Shown here: piece by piece, positions 9,793-20,140 of the stretch
Layout: every line of letters starts with the position of its first letter
Numbering within the stretch: position 1 is the stretch's first letter
Assembly: GCA_965219415.1 (NCBI GenBank)
Contig: CBDCNP010000002.1
Location: forward strand, 960,001 to 1,024,000
Length of the DNA: 64,000 bases
Direction: 5' to 3'
DNA from: Candidatus Marinacidobacterales bacterium
Lineage (GTDB): Bacteria > Acidobacteriota > Vicinamibacteria > Marinacidobacterales > DATDRI01
The notes under the pieces: generated by a model
Told to the model about the DNA's origin: nothing
The model's input: only the letters and a program-made list of their open reading frames with translations
Databases searched by the model: none
Program-made: the position numbers and the translations under genes

Positions 9793-11610
9793 CTAATCGT
9801 CTGAGAGTTTCTCGAACGTGCCGTGGACAGGCTTGCCCCCGACCACAGTCACCAAGACCTCGATGTCCTTGATCGCATCTGCGGGCACATCCAGGTAGTC
9901 ATCCGAAAGGACAACGAGGTCCGCGTACTTGCCGGATTCAATCGAGCCGAGCTCATCCTCCCAGAACGAGGCATAGGCGGCATTGATCGTCAGCGTGCGT
10001 AGTGCTTGTTTCCGATCCAAGCCTTGCTCTGGCCCCAACACCCCACCCCACAACGTCCCACGCGTCACCGACCCCCACAGAATCAGCATTGGATCCGAAT
10101 GGTAGGAGATGGGGCCGTCGGAGCCTCCGGCCAGGGTGATGCCGTGCTCCATCCAGCTCCTGAACGGTAAGCACATGTTCGCCATCCGCTCTCCCCAAGA
10201 GCGAATCATCATGGAACCGAGCTGGGCGTTGTGCGGGTACTGTGAGTTGACCGTCAGCCGCAAGCCACTCGCACGATCGAAGTGATCCGGTCGGACCAGA
10301 AACGCATGCTCGATGCCCCATCGCTTACCCACGATGCTCGAGTCTTCGTTCGCTGCTTCGTATGCGTTCAGTAGCACGTCGATCGCCGCGTCCCCCACCG
10401 CGTGGGCTGTGACCGGCCAGCCCATGCGATTGAGCTGAATGGAAACTCGTGTGAGTTGTTCCTCGGGAATAAACAGGACGCCGTGATAGCCCGGCTGGCC
10501 CGGGTATTCTTCTCTCAAGAAGGCCTTTCGCTCGGCGCCATCGAGAATCATTTTGATGCCGCCGATACGGATCATACCGTCGCCGAACGTCGTCCCCGGA
10601 CTCAATAGCGAGTTCGCCTCTTCCTCTATTTCGCGCATCGATTTCAGCGCGCTGGGGTCGGCAGGTTCGAGGGTCGGCAGGCCGGGCACGCGGCCATCGC
10701 TTCCCGGTTTCTTGCTCAAGGGGTCGATCCGATACCAAAGATCGACGCGCTGCGTTAGTCGTCCCGCGTCGAGGAGGGCCTTGTAAGCGTCGACCGCGAC
10801 CGGGCCCACGCCTGCCTCGCGAATGGATGTAATGCCATAGGAGTGTTGGCGGTCGATGATTTGGCGAAGACCTTCGAGCTCCTCTTCTGCCGTAAGCGAA
10901 GGCGGCGGCTCGCCCTGGACCAAGGCGCCGGCACGATCGAAGAGCACGCCGGTCGGTTCTCCGGTCTTTTCGTCTCGTTCGATAATCCCACCGTAAGGGT
11001 CCGGTGTATCCCGGCCTATCTCAGAGAGAGTCAGCGCCATCGAGTTGGCAATCACGTAGTGAGACGGCCCCGGGATCACCACCGGATTGTGCGGAGCCGC
11101 TTCGTCGAGATCGAGACGATTCGGAAGGCGTTGCTCAGCCAAACGGTATTCCCACCATCCCCGGGAACCGTAGATCCACACACCGGGCTCGGTGTCTCGC
11201 GCCCGCTCGGCGATAGCCGCCTGGATCCCCTTGACCGACTGAACCTGCGAGAGATCCACGTGACGCACGTGCGAGGCGTTCGAGAGCTCGCGAGCCACTC
11301 GGCTGTACTGGTGATTGTGCGAATCCCACAGGCCTGGCACGACGGTCAGCCCGGCGAGATCGACTTGCCGGGTCCGAGCCCCGGCCAGCGCGCGCACCTC
11401 CTCGGATGCACCGACGGCGACGAACCGTCCACCGGCGATCGCAACCGCCTCGGCGATCGCGAACGTTTGGTCAACGGTGAGAATCTTGCCGTTAAACAGA
11501 ATGAGGTCCGGCGCAGGATCCACCGACGGCGTACACGATAGTAGCGGCACCAGAATCAAGCCGACGGTCACCCGCGTTTGCCATCTCAACTCCACAAGCT
11601 TCCATTTCAT
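9793..11610 (-). CDS. Amidohydrolase 3 (YtcJ-like) lipoprotein
   Basis: LLSC lipobox-like; PGLWDSHNH, GIKMILDG, AHAVGDAA, IEHA, GGSDGP, GSIESGKYADLVVL. Confidence 0.9.
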   Translation of the reverse strand: MKWKLVELRWQTRVTVGLILVPLLSCTPSVDPAPDLILFNGKILTVDQTFAIAEAVAIAGGRFVAVGASEEVRALAGARTRQVDLAGLTVVPGLWDSHNHQYSRVARELSNASHVRHVDLSQVQSVKGIQAAIAERARDTEPGVWIYGSRGWWEYRLAEQRLPNRLDLDEAAPHNPVVIPGPSHYVIANSMALTLSEIGRDTPDPYGGIIERDEKTGEPTGVLFDRAGALVQGEPPPSLTAEEELEGLRQIIDRQHSYGITSIREAGVGPVAVDAYKALLDAGRLTQRVDLWYRIDPLSKKPGSDGRVPGLPTLEPADPSALKSMREIEEEANSLLSPGTTFGDGMIRIGGIKMILDGAERKAFLREEYPGQPGYHGVLFIPEEQLTRVSIQLNRMGWPVTAHAVGDAAIDVLLNAYEAANEDSSIVGKRWGIEHAFLVRPDHFDRASGLRLTVNSQYPHNAQLGSMMIRSWGERMANMCLPFRSWMEHGITLAGGSDGPISYHSDPMLILWGSVTRGTLWGGVLGPEQGLDRKQALRTLTINAAYASFWEDELGSIESGKYADLVVLSDDYLDVPADAIKDIEVLVTVVGGKPVHGTFEKLSDD

Positions 11611-11744
11611 ACCGGATCCCCCAGCGTTGCGCCCGGTTCACAACATAAGCGAAACACCGAAGCATTGATAGTACCTGGCCGGAATTTCTGACGAAATCTT
11701 CCTCGCTGGGGCTTGATTGAGCTGGCAGTCACAGGCTAGAATCC

Positions 11745-12650
11745 TTGCCCATGAAAACTGCTGTGGCCGCCGTCGGGATCGTCTTGGGCTGGCACGCCGC
11801 CGCTGCGGCTCAACCTCGAATCTTGACGGTGGACGACATCAAGAACTGGGATTCTCCCATCGCCGATGTGCGGATCCCCTATGGTGACGGCGAATTCCAG
11901 TTCGGCGATCTGAGGCTTCCCGAGGGAACGGGACCTCATCCGGTTGCGATTCTGATCCACGGCGGCTGCTTCCTCTCGATGTACGACATCGCGCACAACG
12001 CGCGATTCGCCGAGGCCCTCGCTGAAAGCGGTATGGCAGTCTGGAACCTCGAGTACCGCCGCGTCGGAAACGATGGTGGCGGATGGCCAGGGACCTTCGA
12101 GGATATCGCTCACGGGGCCGACCATCTGCGGGTACTCGCGAAGGGGTACCCGCTCGACCTCGAGCGTACGATTTCGATCGGCCATTCGGCGGGCGGCCAT
12201 CTCGCCTTGTGGGTCGCGGCTCGACACCGCTTGGCCGACGATAGCCCGATCCGTTTCGGCGACCCGATCTCGCTGAAGGGAGTCTTGGCGCTCGCCTCGG
12301 TTCCCGACCTTGCCTACCTTCATGAGAAGCGTCCCTGCGAAGGAGCGGTCGACGGACTGGTGGGAGGGTCGCCAGAAGAGGTTCCGGCCCACTATGCCCA
12401 GGCTTCCCTTGTGGAGCTCGTGCCACTCGGGTTGCCTCAGATTCTCATCAACGGCAAGTACGACTACGATTGGGCCCCCATCGGTGTCCGCTACTTCGAG
12501 GCGGCGAAAGCCGTCGGCGATGACGTGCGCCTCATCGAAGCGCCTGAATCCGGTCACTTCGAGCTCATTGATCCGGCTTCTTCGACATGGCCTATCGTTC
12601 GTGACGCCGCGCTCGAGCTCCTGGGCTCGGGATCAGCGTCGGAACGTTAG
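11745..12650 (+). CDS. Secreted alpha/beta hydrolase (esterase, HSL-like)
   Basis: IHGGCF oxyanion motif, EYRRVG, GHSAGG nucleophile, GHFELID. Confidence 0.9.
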   Translation: MPMKTAVAAVGIVLGWHAAAAAQPRILTVDDIKNWDSPIADVRIPYGDGEFQFGDLRLPEGTGPHPVAILIHGGCFLSMYDIAHNARFAEALAESGMAVWNLEYRRVGNDGGGWPGTFEDIAHGADHLRVLAKGYPLDLERTISIGHSAGGHLALWVAARHRLADDSPIRFGDPISLKGVLALASVPDLAYLHEKRPCEGAVDGLVGGSPEEVPAHYAQASLVELVPLGLPQILINGKYDYDWAPIGVRYFEAAKAVGDDVRLIEAPESGHFELIDPASSTWPIVRDAALELLGSGSASER

Positions 12651-12700
12651 CTCCTCGACTCGTAACACTGATAAGCAGCACCCTCGAAAGGAGTAAAAGC

Positions 12701-13054
12701 ATGCCCAAAACCGCCCAGCAGATCCTCGATCACCATCTGAAATCGTTCGGAGAAGGCGACCTGGATGGCATTCTCGAAGACTATACCGAAAAGTCAGTTC
12801 TCTTTACGCCCGACGGACTCTTGCGGGGTCCCGGCGAGATGCGAGCTTTTTTCGAAGCTTTCTTCGCGGAGTTCGCCAAGCCGGGAGCTTCGTTCGAGAT
12901 GAAGAAGCAGATCGTCGAGGGCGAGACCGCCTTCATCGTCTGGAGCGCCGAGACCGCGGACAATGTCTACGAGCTCGCTACCGACACGTTCGTCGTTCGC
13001 GACGGCAAGGTCGTCACTCAAACGTTTGCCGGGAAGGTCGTCCCCAAGGCCTGA
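12701..13054 (+). CDS. SnoaL-like / NTF2 family protein
   Basis: 117 aa, GDLDGILEDY...DTFVVRDGKVVTQTF; SD AAGGAG upstream. Confidence 0.85.
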   Translation: MPKTAQQILDHHLKSFGEGDLDGILEDYTEKSVLFTPDGLLRGPGEMRAFFEAFFAEFAKPGASFEMKKQIVEGETAFIVWSAETADNVYELATDTFVVRDGKVVTQTFAGKVVPKA

Positions 13055-13297
13055 ACGCAGCTCGTAACCGGAATTCTCTTAGCTTGGGCGCTTCTGGAAC
13101 CACCCCTTTGCCCTGACGGCAAATAAGGCAGCGTTGGCAGAACAGGAGATCTGTCAGAAGTTTTTACGATGTAGGCTCCGCGCACGAACGCCCCTCGATA
13201 CAACGGTTTCAGAGACAAGAACACGAATCGGTCGACGCGGCGTCGCGATTCTTTCCAATGCTGATGCAACAATTTCGGCGACCATAGCCATCCCTGA

Positions 13298-13639
13298 TCA
13301 AGAAAACCAAGCTCGTCAACAAGAAGACGACACAGCCGGTCCTGGAACGGGATTTGCTTTACAGGCACGAGCTACAACGCTGAGTTTGGTACGGCGTTCT
13401 ACGAGAACTCGGTCGATGGGTTCGTTATCACGTCGACGCTGAGCCCGGTCGCCGGTCCGTATCTGACATCCTGGGATGATGAGTTCCGCTTTATTGGAGA
13501 TCCCCCGCTTCCCGGTGGGATCGTGGGCGGCGGAGGAACCATCCCCTTTTCGGGGGTGCCCGAGCCGAGCACCCACCTTTTGCTAGGAGTAGGGCTCGTC
13601 GGGCTCCTCGTTCGCCGATTCAGGACATCCGACGACTAG
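13298..13639 (+). pseudogene. C-terminal remnant of a PEP-CTERM sorting-domain protein (absent from the ORF track)
   Basis: Start-less frame reads ...GGGTIPFSGVPEPSTHLLLGVGLVGLLVRRFRTSDD*, i.e. VPEP + TM helix + basic tail. Confidence 0.75.
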
Positions 13640-13651
13640 AACCGACTCGAG

Positions 13652-14459
13652 TTACTGACACCGTCCACGCCGCCTGCGGATCTCGAGAGGTGTTGCCCCA
13701 AGGCTTCGTCGCAGTGCGCGTCCCATGTGGCTCTGGTCGTAGAACCCCGTCGAGAGCGCAATCTCCGAGAGCGGCACGTCGGTTTCGGTGAGCGTCCGGA
13801 CCGCCGCTTCCACCCGTAGCGCGCGAACGTATTCGCCGATGGAACATCCTCTCCACTTGCGAAACGCCCGCGCGAGATGCGCGGGGTGAACACCGCACTC
13901 GTTCGCCAGCTCGTCCAGGATGATGGATCGCCGGAACGTGTCGCGAATCAGCTCGTCGACTCGCGCCAACCATCTCGGTGGCCCCCCTGGCAGAGGTTTT
14001 CCTCGCGGGGTCGCGCGCGCCAGACTCACGATGAGCTCCAGCAAGGCCGCTTCGAGAGCAAGAGACGTCAGCTCGTCTCGCACTCGCCACTCACGGGCGG
14101 TGCGCCGCACGAGATGGCGCGCGCGCGGGTCGGAGACAATCCGCGGCTCGGAGAAAGAGTTCACGAATCGTTCCATCTCCGGGTCGTGAGGCGTTGATAG
14201 GGCAACCAACAGAGAGCGGGCGCCTTTGTCACCCACGCGATCGTGGTGGCGTTCGCCTCCTGGCTCCAGCACCAAGTCGAACGGGCCGCAGTGAAAGTGA
14301 CGGCGGGGATACACCTCCTCATACCGGCCCTCCAGGACGAGGCTCAGGAGTGGCGCGTCGTGAGTGTGCCAGGGAAGCACTTGCCCCGCCCCGTGCGTCT
14401 GATCGTCGATTCGAAAACGCGTCAGTTGAAGCAAATCGTGTCCCATCCTCAAGCCCATC
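13652..14459 (-). CDS. AraC family transcriptional regulator (cupin + HTH)
   Basis: LPWHTHD cupin; GVHPAHLARAFRK and IALSTGFYDQSHMGRAL HTH signatures. Probable start is the ATG at 14459; the ORF extension to 14545 is antisense to the precursor remnant. Confidence 0.85.
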
Positions 14460-14461
14460 CT

Positions 14462-14560
14462 GGCCAGGGCGGTTGCGGTGGCAAAGAAGGCAAGAACGAC
14501 TGCAAGGGTCAAGGCGGTTGTGAAGTTCCGCTGAATCCTGAGCACCAGAAGAAAAAGTAG
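14462..14560 (+). pseudogene. 3' end of a Cys/Gly/Lys-rich MNIO precursor peptide (BufA2-like); 5' part missing
   Basis: GQGGCGGKEGKNDCKGQGGCEVPLNPEHQKKK* directly upstream of DUF692; no start codon or signal peptide outside the AraC coding region. Confidence 0.7.
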
Positions 14561-14576
14561 TCGCCGTGTTCTGATA

Positions 14577-14604
14577 GGAGGCCACGGGCGCCCCCGTGGC
14601 CTCC
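14577..14604 (+). terminator. Perfect 12-bp GC stem-loop between precursor and DUF692 (mRNA stabiliser or partial terminator)
   Basis: GGAGGCCACGGG-cgcc-CCCGTGGCCTCC; no U-tract. Confidence 0.55.
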
Positions 14605-14642
14605 GTCGTTCGCTGCTGGTGTGGCTACACGAGCGTCCTTCC

Positions 14643-15509
14643 GATGACAGACAATCGTTGGAACCTCCCCGATCTCGGGCTTGGGGTCGGTCTGCGTACC
14701 GTCCACTTCGGGCACGTCCTCGCCAATAATCCCGACGTCGATTGGTTCGAGATCCTATCCGAGAATTTCATGGACACAGGAGGAAGGCCGCTCTACGTGC
14801 TGGACCAGGTGGCGGAGCGCTATCCCATAGCCATGCACGGCGTGTCCATGAATATTGGCAGCCGCGACCCTCTTGACTGGGATTACCTGCGCAAGCTGAG
14901 GGAGCTTGCGGCGCGCGCCAAGGCGCATTGGATCTCCGATCACCTGTGTTGGACGGGAGTCGCGGGCCGGAACGTCCACGATCTCCTGCCAATGCCCTAT
15001 ACGGAAGAGGCGCTTCGTTACACGGTATCGCGGGTCAAAGAAGTCTCGGACTTTTTGGAACGACCGCTGATTTTGGAGAACGCGTCGACCTACCTGGAGT
15101 TTGAGTCCTCCGCGATGACGGAGTGGGACTTTCTGGTGCGGCTCCTCGAAGAGGCGAACTGTGGGATTTTGCTCGACGTGAACAACGTCTACGTCAGCTC
15201 TTTCAACCATGGATTCGATCCGCGCGTCTACATCGATGCCATCCCCGCCGACCGCATCGTCCAGTATCACCTCGCGGGACATAACGAACAAGGAGACTCA
15301 CATCATTGACACGCACAATGACCATGTGATCGACGAAGTCTGGGAGCTCTACCGACGGAGTTGCCGGCGAACCGGTGGTGTCGCGACGCTTCTCGAATGG
15401 GACGCCGACATTCCGGAGTTCGGGGTTGTGCACGACGAAAGTCCTGAAGGCCCGCGCCTATCGCGAGCCGGTGACCAAACCATTGGCGGCGAACACTCAT
15501 GGGAACTGA
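14643..15509 (+). CDS. DUF692 multinuclear non-heme iron oxidase (MNIO, BufB-like); two +1 indels (~15283, ~15440)
   Basis: [63 protein letters not shown]. Confidence 0.92.
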
Positions 15510-16333
15510 GATCCGACTGGAACAGTTCCAGCGATGGATGCAGACGTTCATCGTGCACCCAGGTAGCGAGGAGGACGCGCTCGCCGCCGCGGCGTCGGAA
15601 GGGATCCCCACCGACGAGGTCACCAGGGTCATTCTTCCTTCATCGACACTGACATCGCTCGAGCGCGTGGGCGTCTATCGCGAAATGTATCTCCTTCGTC
15701 TCGCGGAAGCCCTGGACACGGACTACCCCGCACTCGCTCATTTCTTGGGTGGCGAGGCTTTCAACGATCTCGTCGCCGGCTACGTCGAGGCCTTCCCCTC
15801 GCGGAGCTATACCCTCAATCGTCTGGGAGATCACTTGCCGGAGTACATCCGTACCGCCCCGGGGATCGCGCGACGAGCGTTTCTCCATGATCTAGCACGA
15901 CTAGAGCTCGCCGTCAGCCAGGTCTTCGATGCACCCGAATCGCCGGTGCTCACCGAGGAACAAATCGCCCAGGTGCCGACAGAAGCTTGGGCGGACGCTC
16001 GGCTACGGCCCATCGAGGCCTTTCGCCTGCTCTCGTTTCAGTATCCGGTCAACGCATACCTAACGTCGGTGAAGGAAGACGACCACGATCATCCGAACGC
16101 CTCGGAAGAAGGACACGAGGGTCGCCATCTTCCGCCGCAACTACGCTTGTTGGCGCCTCGAGCTATCCCGGCCAGCCCACGACCTGCTCCAAGCCCTCGC
16201 CGCGGGGACCGCCCTGGGCGATGCGGTGGCTGCAACTCGGAAAAGGCGAGGACGAGGGGCGGTGGGCGAGGAACAGCTCTTTCGCTGGTTCCGGGATTGG
16301 GTGCGCGAAGGCATCTTCCAGTCCGTCGAATAG
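15499..16333 (+). CDS. DUF2063-family MNIO partner protein (BufC/HvfC-like); +1 indel at ~16097
   Basis: ERVGVYREMYLLRLAEALDTDYPAL, PSRSYTLNRLG, DLARLELA; corrected C-terminus ...LFRWFRDWVREGIFQSVE*; overlaps the DUF692 end. Confidence 0.85.
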
Positions 16334-16335
16334 TC

Positions 16336-16356
16336 ACCAGGTGCCACCCACCTGGT
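16336..16356 (+). terminator. Stem-loop after the MNIO cluster
   Basis: ACCAGGTG-ccacc-CACCTGGT immediately after the stop codon. Confidence 0.45.
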
Positions 16357-16537
16357 AAGCCCCTTGTTAGCCGCACTTGGGTTTCTCCCCACTCGACGCT
16401 AACCTTGTTTGGGTCAGGTCTTTCCGATTGGGCGCAATCTCGCCTTCTCAAAGAGGGTTTCCTACCTTTTTCACGGGCCACTCGGATCCTCAACCAGTTA
16501 ACCCCCTTGTTCATATCCTTTAAGGCACGAACTAGAC

Positions 16538-16566
16538 TTGTTTCGGGCAAGGCGTTTGAGTAGAAT
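16538..16566 (+). promoter_or_regulatory. Candidate sigma70 promoter for the ABC operon
   Basis: TTGTTT-N17-TAGAAT; strong SD TAAGGAGGT before the ATG at 16653. Confidence 0.4.
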
Positions 16567-16652
16567 CGGGCGTTCCCGCCAGGGCTTGAAGGCGCTCGGA
16601 ACGAGCTCAGCCGCCCAGGCCCAAAAGAACCCTTTAAGGAGGTATAAGCTCC

Positions 16653-17423
16653 ATGGAACCCGCTTCCACGAAACCGATGATCGAAGCGCAAGGCCTGACC
16701 AAGTACTACGGCCCCTTCGTCGCCACAGAGAACATCAGCTTTTCTATTCCGGAAGGACAGATCGTCGCTTTCCTGGGACCAAATGGTGCCGGTAAAACCA
16801 CGACGATGAAGATGCTAACCGGCTATCTCGCACCGAGTGCTGGTGCCGCACGAATCGCCGGGCTCGACGTGCACAAAGAGCGCATCGAGGCGGCCAAGAA
16901 GCTCGGCTATCTTCCCGAGAACGGCCCCCTCTACCCCGACATGACGCCGAAGGAGCTCCTCTTATTCTTCGGCGAAGCTCGTGAGATGGGCCCGCAACTC
17001 CTGAAGGAGCGTCTCGACTTCGTTCGCAGCCTGTGCGCACTCCATCAGGTGATGGAGAAGCCCATCGGCAAACTCTCACGGGGGCTCAAGCAGAGAGTGG
17101 GGCTTGCGCAGGCGCTGCTTCACGATCCGGAGGTCCTGATCATGGATGAGCCTACCGCGGGACTGGATCCGAATCAGATCCGGGAGTTCCGCGAGAACAT
17201 CCGCAACCTCGGGAGTAACAAGACGATCCTCATCTCGACGCATATCCTGCAAGAGGTAGACGCGATCGCGGACTACGTGCTCTTCGTTCACAACGGACGA
17301 CTGGTGTTCGAAGGTACTCCTCGGGAACTGCAAGAAGAAGGGTCTCTCGAGAAGCGATTCTACCGATTGACCTCAACCATCGCGCCGGATACCGAGACTG
17401 CCGCCGCCGGCGAGGCGTCGTGA
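16653..17423 (+). CDS. ABC transporter ATP-binding protein (GldA-like)
   Basis: Walker A GPNGAGKTT, signature LSRGLKQR, Walker B LIMDEP, H-loop ISTH. Confidence 0.95.
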   Translation: MEPASTKPMIEAQGLTKYYGPFVATENISFSIPEGQIVAFLGPNGAGKTTTMKMLTGYLAPSAGAARIAGLDVHKERIEAAKKLGYLPENGPLYPDMTPKELLLFFGEAREMGPQLLKERLDFVRSLCALHQVMEKPIGKLSRGLKQRVGLAQALLHDPEVLIMDEPTAGLDPNQIREFRENIRNLGSNKTILISTHILQEVDAIADYVLFVHNGRLVFEGTPRELQEEGSLEKRFYRLTSTIAPDTETAAAGEAS

Positions 17424-20140
17424 TGCTGAAGAACGTCAACTTCAACATCGTGCGTGCCATCGCGAGACGCGATCTGCGGATGTATTTCAGCAACCCCACG
17501 GGCTACGTGTTCATCACACTCTTCATCTTTCTGAGCGCAGCGGCTGCCTTCTGGCAGGATCGTTTCTTTCTGAACAACCTCGCGAACTTGGACCAGCTCT
17601 ACGCAATCTTCCCGTACCTCCTGGTGTTCTTCGTCCCGGCGCTGACGATGTCGGTCTGGGCGGAGGAGAAGAAACAAGGCACCGACGAGCTCTTGTTCAC
17701 GCTCCCCGCCACCGACCTCGAGATCGTTCTCGGCAAGTACTTCGCGACCCTGTCCATATACACGGCGTCGCTCGTCCTCTCGTTGAGTCACGTTCTGGTC
17801 CTGCTGTTTCTCGGCAGTCCCGATCTGGGGCTGATGGCGGCGAACTACTTGGGCTTCTGGCTAGTCGGGGCGGCGCTCATCGCCGTCGGAATGCTTGCTT
17901 CCCAGCTCTCGTCCAACGTAACGATCGCGTTCATCCTGGGCGCCGTCTTTTGCGGTATGGGCGTCTTCATCGAGCCGGCTGCGGAAAGCCTGAGCACCGG
18001 GCTCGCGCGACTCGTCGAGCCTTTGGGCATTTCTGCACACTTCGAGGAGTTCGGCCGGGGGGTCGTGAGCTTCACCGGTCTTCTGTACTTTCTTTCGATC
18101 GCGGGGCTCTTCTTGTACCTCAATGTGCTCCTCGTGAGTCGGAGGCACTGGCCGCGCGAGGCGGAGGGAGTGGGCATGGCGACGCACCATATGGTCCGCA
18201 CCGTCTCCATAGTCATTATCCTCGTCAGTGCGATCGCCATTATTGGTCGTCTCGGCCTGCGCGCCGACACCACGGCGGAGAGGCTCCACTCGCTGAGCCG
18301 CGAGACGAAGAACCTCTTGGGGCAGATTGACGACGACCGGCCGGTCTTCGTTCAGGCCTACATCAGCCCCGAGGTGCCCGAACAATACGTCCAGACCCGG
18401 GCCAACGTTCTCGGACTCCTCAAGGAAATGTCCTCTGGGAGTGGAGGCCGAGTGCAGATAGCCATCTACGATACAGAGCCTTTCAGCGAAGAGGCACGAG
18501 AGGCGCGGGAGAAGTTCGGCATCCAGCCCCGCGAGATCCCGAGCCTCCAGAGTGCGCGAGCGGGCTTTACCGAAGTCTTCCTCGGGCTGGCGTTCACCTG
18601 CGGCGGCAAGGAGCAAGTCATCCCGTTCTTCGATCGCGGGTTGCCCGCCGAATACGAGATCGTCCGCAGTATCCGAGTCGTCGCGAACACCGAACGCAAG
18701 AAAATCGGTGTCATTACGACCCAGCTCCGTCTCTTCGGCGGACTCGACTTCAACACCATGCAGTCGACACCGGCTTGGTCCGTGGTCGAAGAGCTGAAGA
18801 AGCAGTACGACGTTGCGCAAATCGCGCCCTCGAGCGCGATCACGGTAGAAGTCGACGGGCTACTCGTTGCTCTTCCCTCTTCTCTTACGCAAGAAGAGAT
18901 GAACAATGTCCTCGCCTTCATCAAGCAGGGTACGCCGACTCTTCTTCTCGTCGATCCTCTGCCAATCGTGAACCTGGGTTTGGCACCGTCGGAGCAACCG
19001 GGCGCTAACACGAATCCCTTCATGCGTCAGGGACAGCCGCCGCCGCAACCGAAGGGCGACATTCGAACGTTCATGAGCGAGCTGGGCTTCCACTGGGACC
19101 CTACGGTGATCACGTGGGATGGCTATAATCCCCATCCCGATCTCGCACACTTACCCTTCGAGGTCGTGTTCCTCGGCCGAGGCAACGAGAACGAAGATGT
19201 GTTCAACCCGAGCCACACCGCAACGTCGGAGCTCCAGCAGCTCGTCCTCCTCTACCCCGGCCAAATAGAGTCAGCCTCCAAAGAGGGACTGACCTATCGC
19301 CCGCTCCTTCAATCCGGAACACTCTCGGGAAATTTCCCCTACTTCCAGATGGTGCAGCGAAATTTTCTCGGGGCGACATTGAATCGCGACTTGCCACACC
19401 GTCCCGATCCGATGGTCCATACGCTCGCCGCGGAGGTTCGAACTGACGCCGAAGGTGCAGAAGAAAGCGCCGCCGGCGAAGAAGAACCAGAGAAGGATGA
19501 GGAGAGCTCCGAGGGCTCGCCACCACTTCACGTCATCGCGATCACCGATCTCGACTTCATCTCCCAGCAATTCTTCGAGATCCGCCGTGTGGGCCCCGCT
19601 AACTTGAACTTCGACAACGTGACGATGTTCCTGAACGCCATGGACACGCTCGTCGGCGACGAGTCGTTCGTCGCGCTGAGGAACCGGCGCGTCCGGCACC
19701 GGACACTCGCGCGTGTGGAAGACCAAACGCGGGCGTTCATCGAGCAGCGCACCCAGGAGGAAGGCGAAGCGGAGCGCCGAGCCGAGGAAGCGCTCGCCGA
19801 TGCCCAGAAGCGTCTCGACGAACGCGTGGCGGAAGTGCAGAACCGGGACGACCTCGACGCGAAAACGAAACAGATCATGGCCCGCAACCTCCAGGAGGTA
19901 GAGAACCGCCGGTTCGAAGTGCTCAAGGCCAACATCGAAGCCGAAAAGGAAGTCGAGGTTCGAGCCAGCGAGGAGAGAATGGAATCTCAGATTCGCCGCA
20001 TTCAGAGCGGAATCCGGACCTCCGCCGTGCTCATCCCGCCCATTCCCGTTTTCTTACTCGGGGTCTACATTTTCATACGAAGGCAGGAAAGCGCGCGAGA
20101 AGGCGCGGCAGCGGCTCGACGGCTGCGGGAGGGAGCATAA
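17420..20140 (+). CDS. Fused ABC-2 permease + GldG-type auxiliary domain (GldF-GldG-like)
   Basis: YFSNPTGYVF, EEKKQGTDELLFTLP, VLGKY permease motifs; large periplasmic domain, coiled coil and C-terminal TM helix. Confidence 0.9.
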   Translation: MMLKNVNFNIVRAIARRDLRMYFSNPTGYVFITLFIFLSAAAAFWQDRFFLNNLANLDQLYAIFPYLLVFFVPALTMSVWAEEKKQGTDELLFTLPATDLEIVLGKYFATLSIYTASLVLSLSHVLVLLFLGSPDLGLMAANYLGFWLVGAALIAVGMLASQLSSNVTIAFILGAVFCGMGVFIEPAAESLSTGLARLVEPLGISAHFEEFGRGVVSFTGLLYFLSIAGLFLYLNVLLVSRRHWPREAEGVGMATHHMVRTVSIVIILVSAIAIIGRLGLRADTTAERLHSLSRETKNLLGQIDDDRPVFVQAYISPEVPEQYVQTRANVLGLLKEMSSGSGGRVQIAIYDTEPFSEEAREAREKFGIQPREIPSLQSARAGFTEVFLGLAFTCGGKEQVIPFFDRGLPAEYEIVRSIRVVANTERKKIGVITTQLRLFGGLDFNTMQSTPAWSVVEELKKQYDVAQIAPSSAITVEVDGLLVALPSSLTQEEMNNVLAFIKQGTPTLLLVDPLPIVNLGLAPSEQPGANTNPFMRQGQPPPQPKGDIRTFMSELGFHWDPTVITWDGYNPHPDLAHLPFEVVFLGRGNENEDVFNPSHTATSELQQLVLLYPGQIESASKEGLTYRPLLQSGTLSGNFPYFQMVQRNFLGATLNRDLPHRPDPMVHTLAAEVRTDAEGAEESAAGEEEPEKDEESSEGSPPLHVIAITDLDFISQQFFEIRRVGPANLNFDNVTMFLNAMDTLVGDESFVALRNRRVRHRTLARVEDQTRAFIEQRTQEEGEAERRAEEALADAQKRLDERVAEVQNRDDLDAKTKQIMARNLQEVENRRFEVLKANIEAEKEVEVRASEERMESQIRRIQSGIRTSAVLIPPIPVFLLGVYIFIRRQESAREGAAAARRLREGA

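Noticed and set aside
14460-14545. Signal-peptide-like N-terminal extension of the AraC ORF (TTALTLAVVLAFFATATALA)
   Set aside because: It is the antisense reading of the Gly/Lys/Cys-rich precursor remnant; a secreted AraC is implausible.
14243-14560. 105-aa ORF as the full MNIO precursor
   Set aside because: Its first ~70 codons are antisense to the conserved AraC cupin domain and show no leader or signal features.
16360-16530. Possible riboswitch/ncRNA in the spacer before the ABC operon
   Set aside because: Only short hairpins; no recognisable riboswitch consensus by eye. An Rfam scan would be needed.
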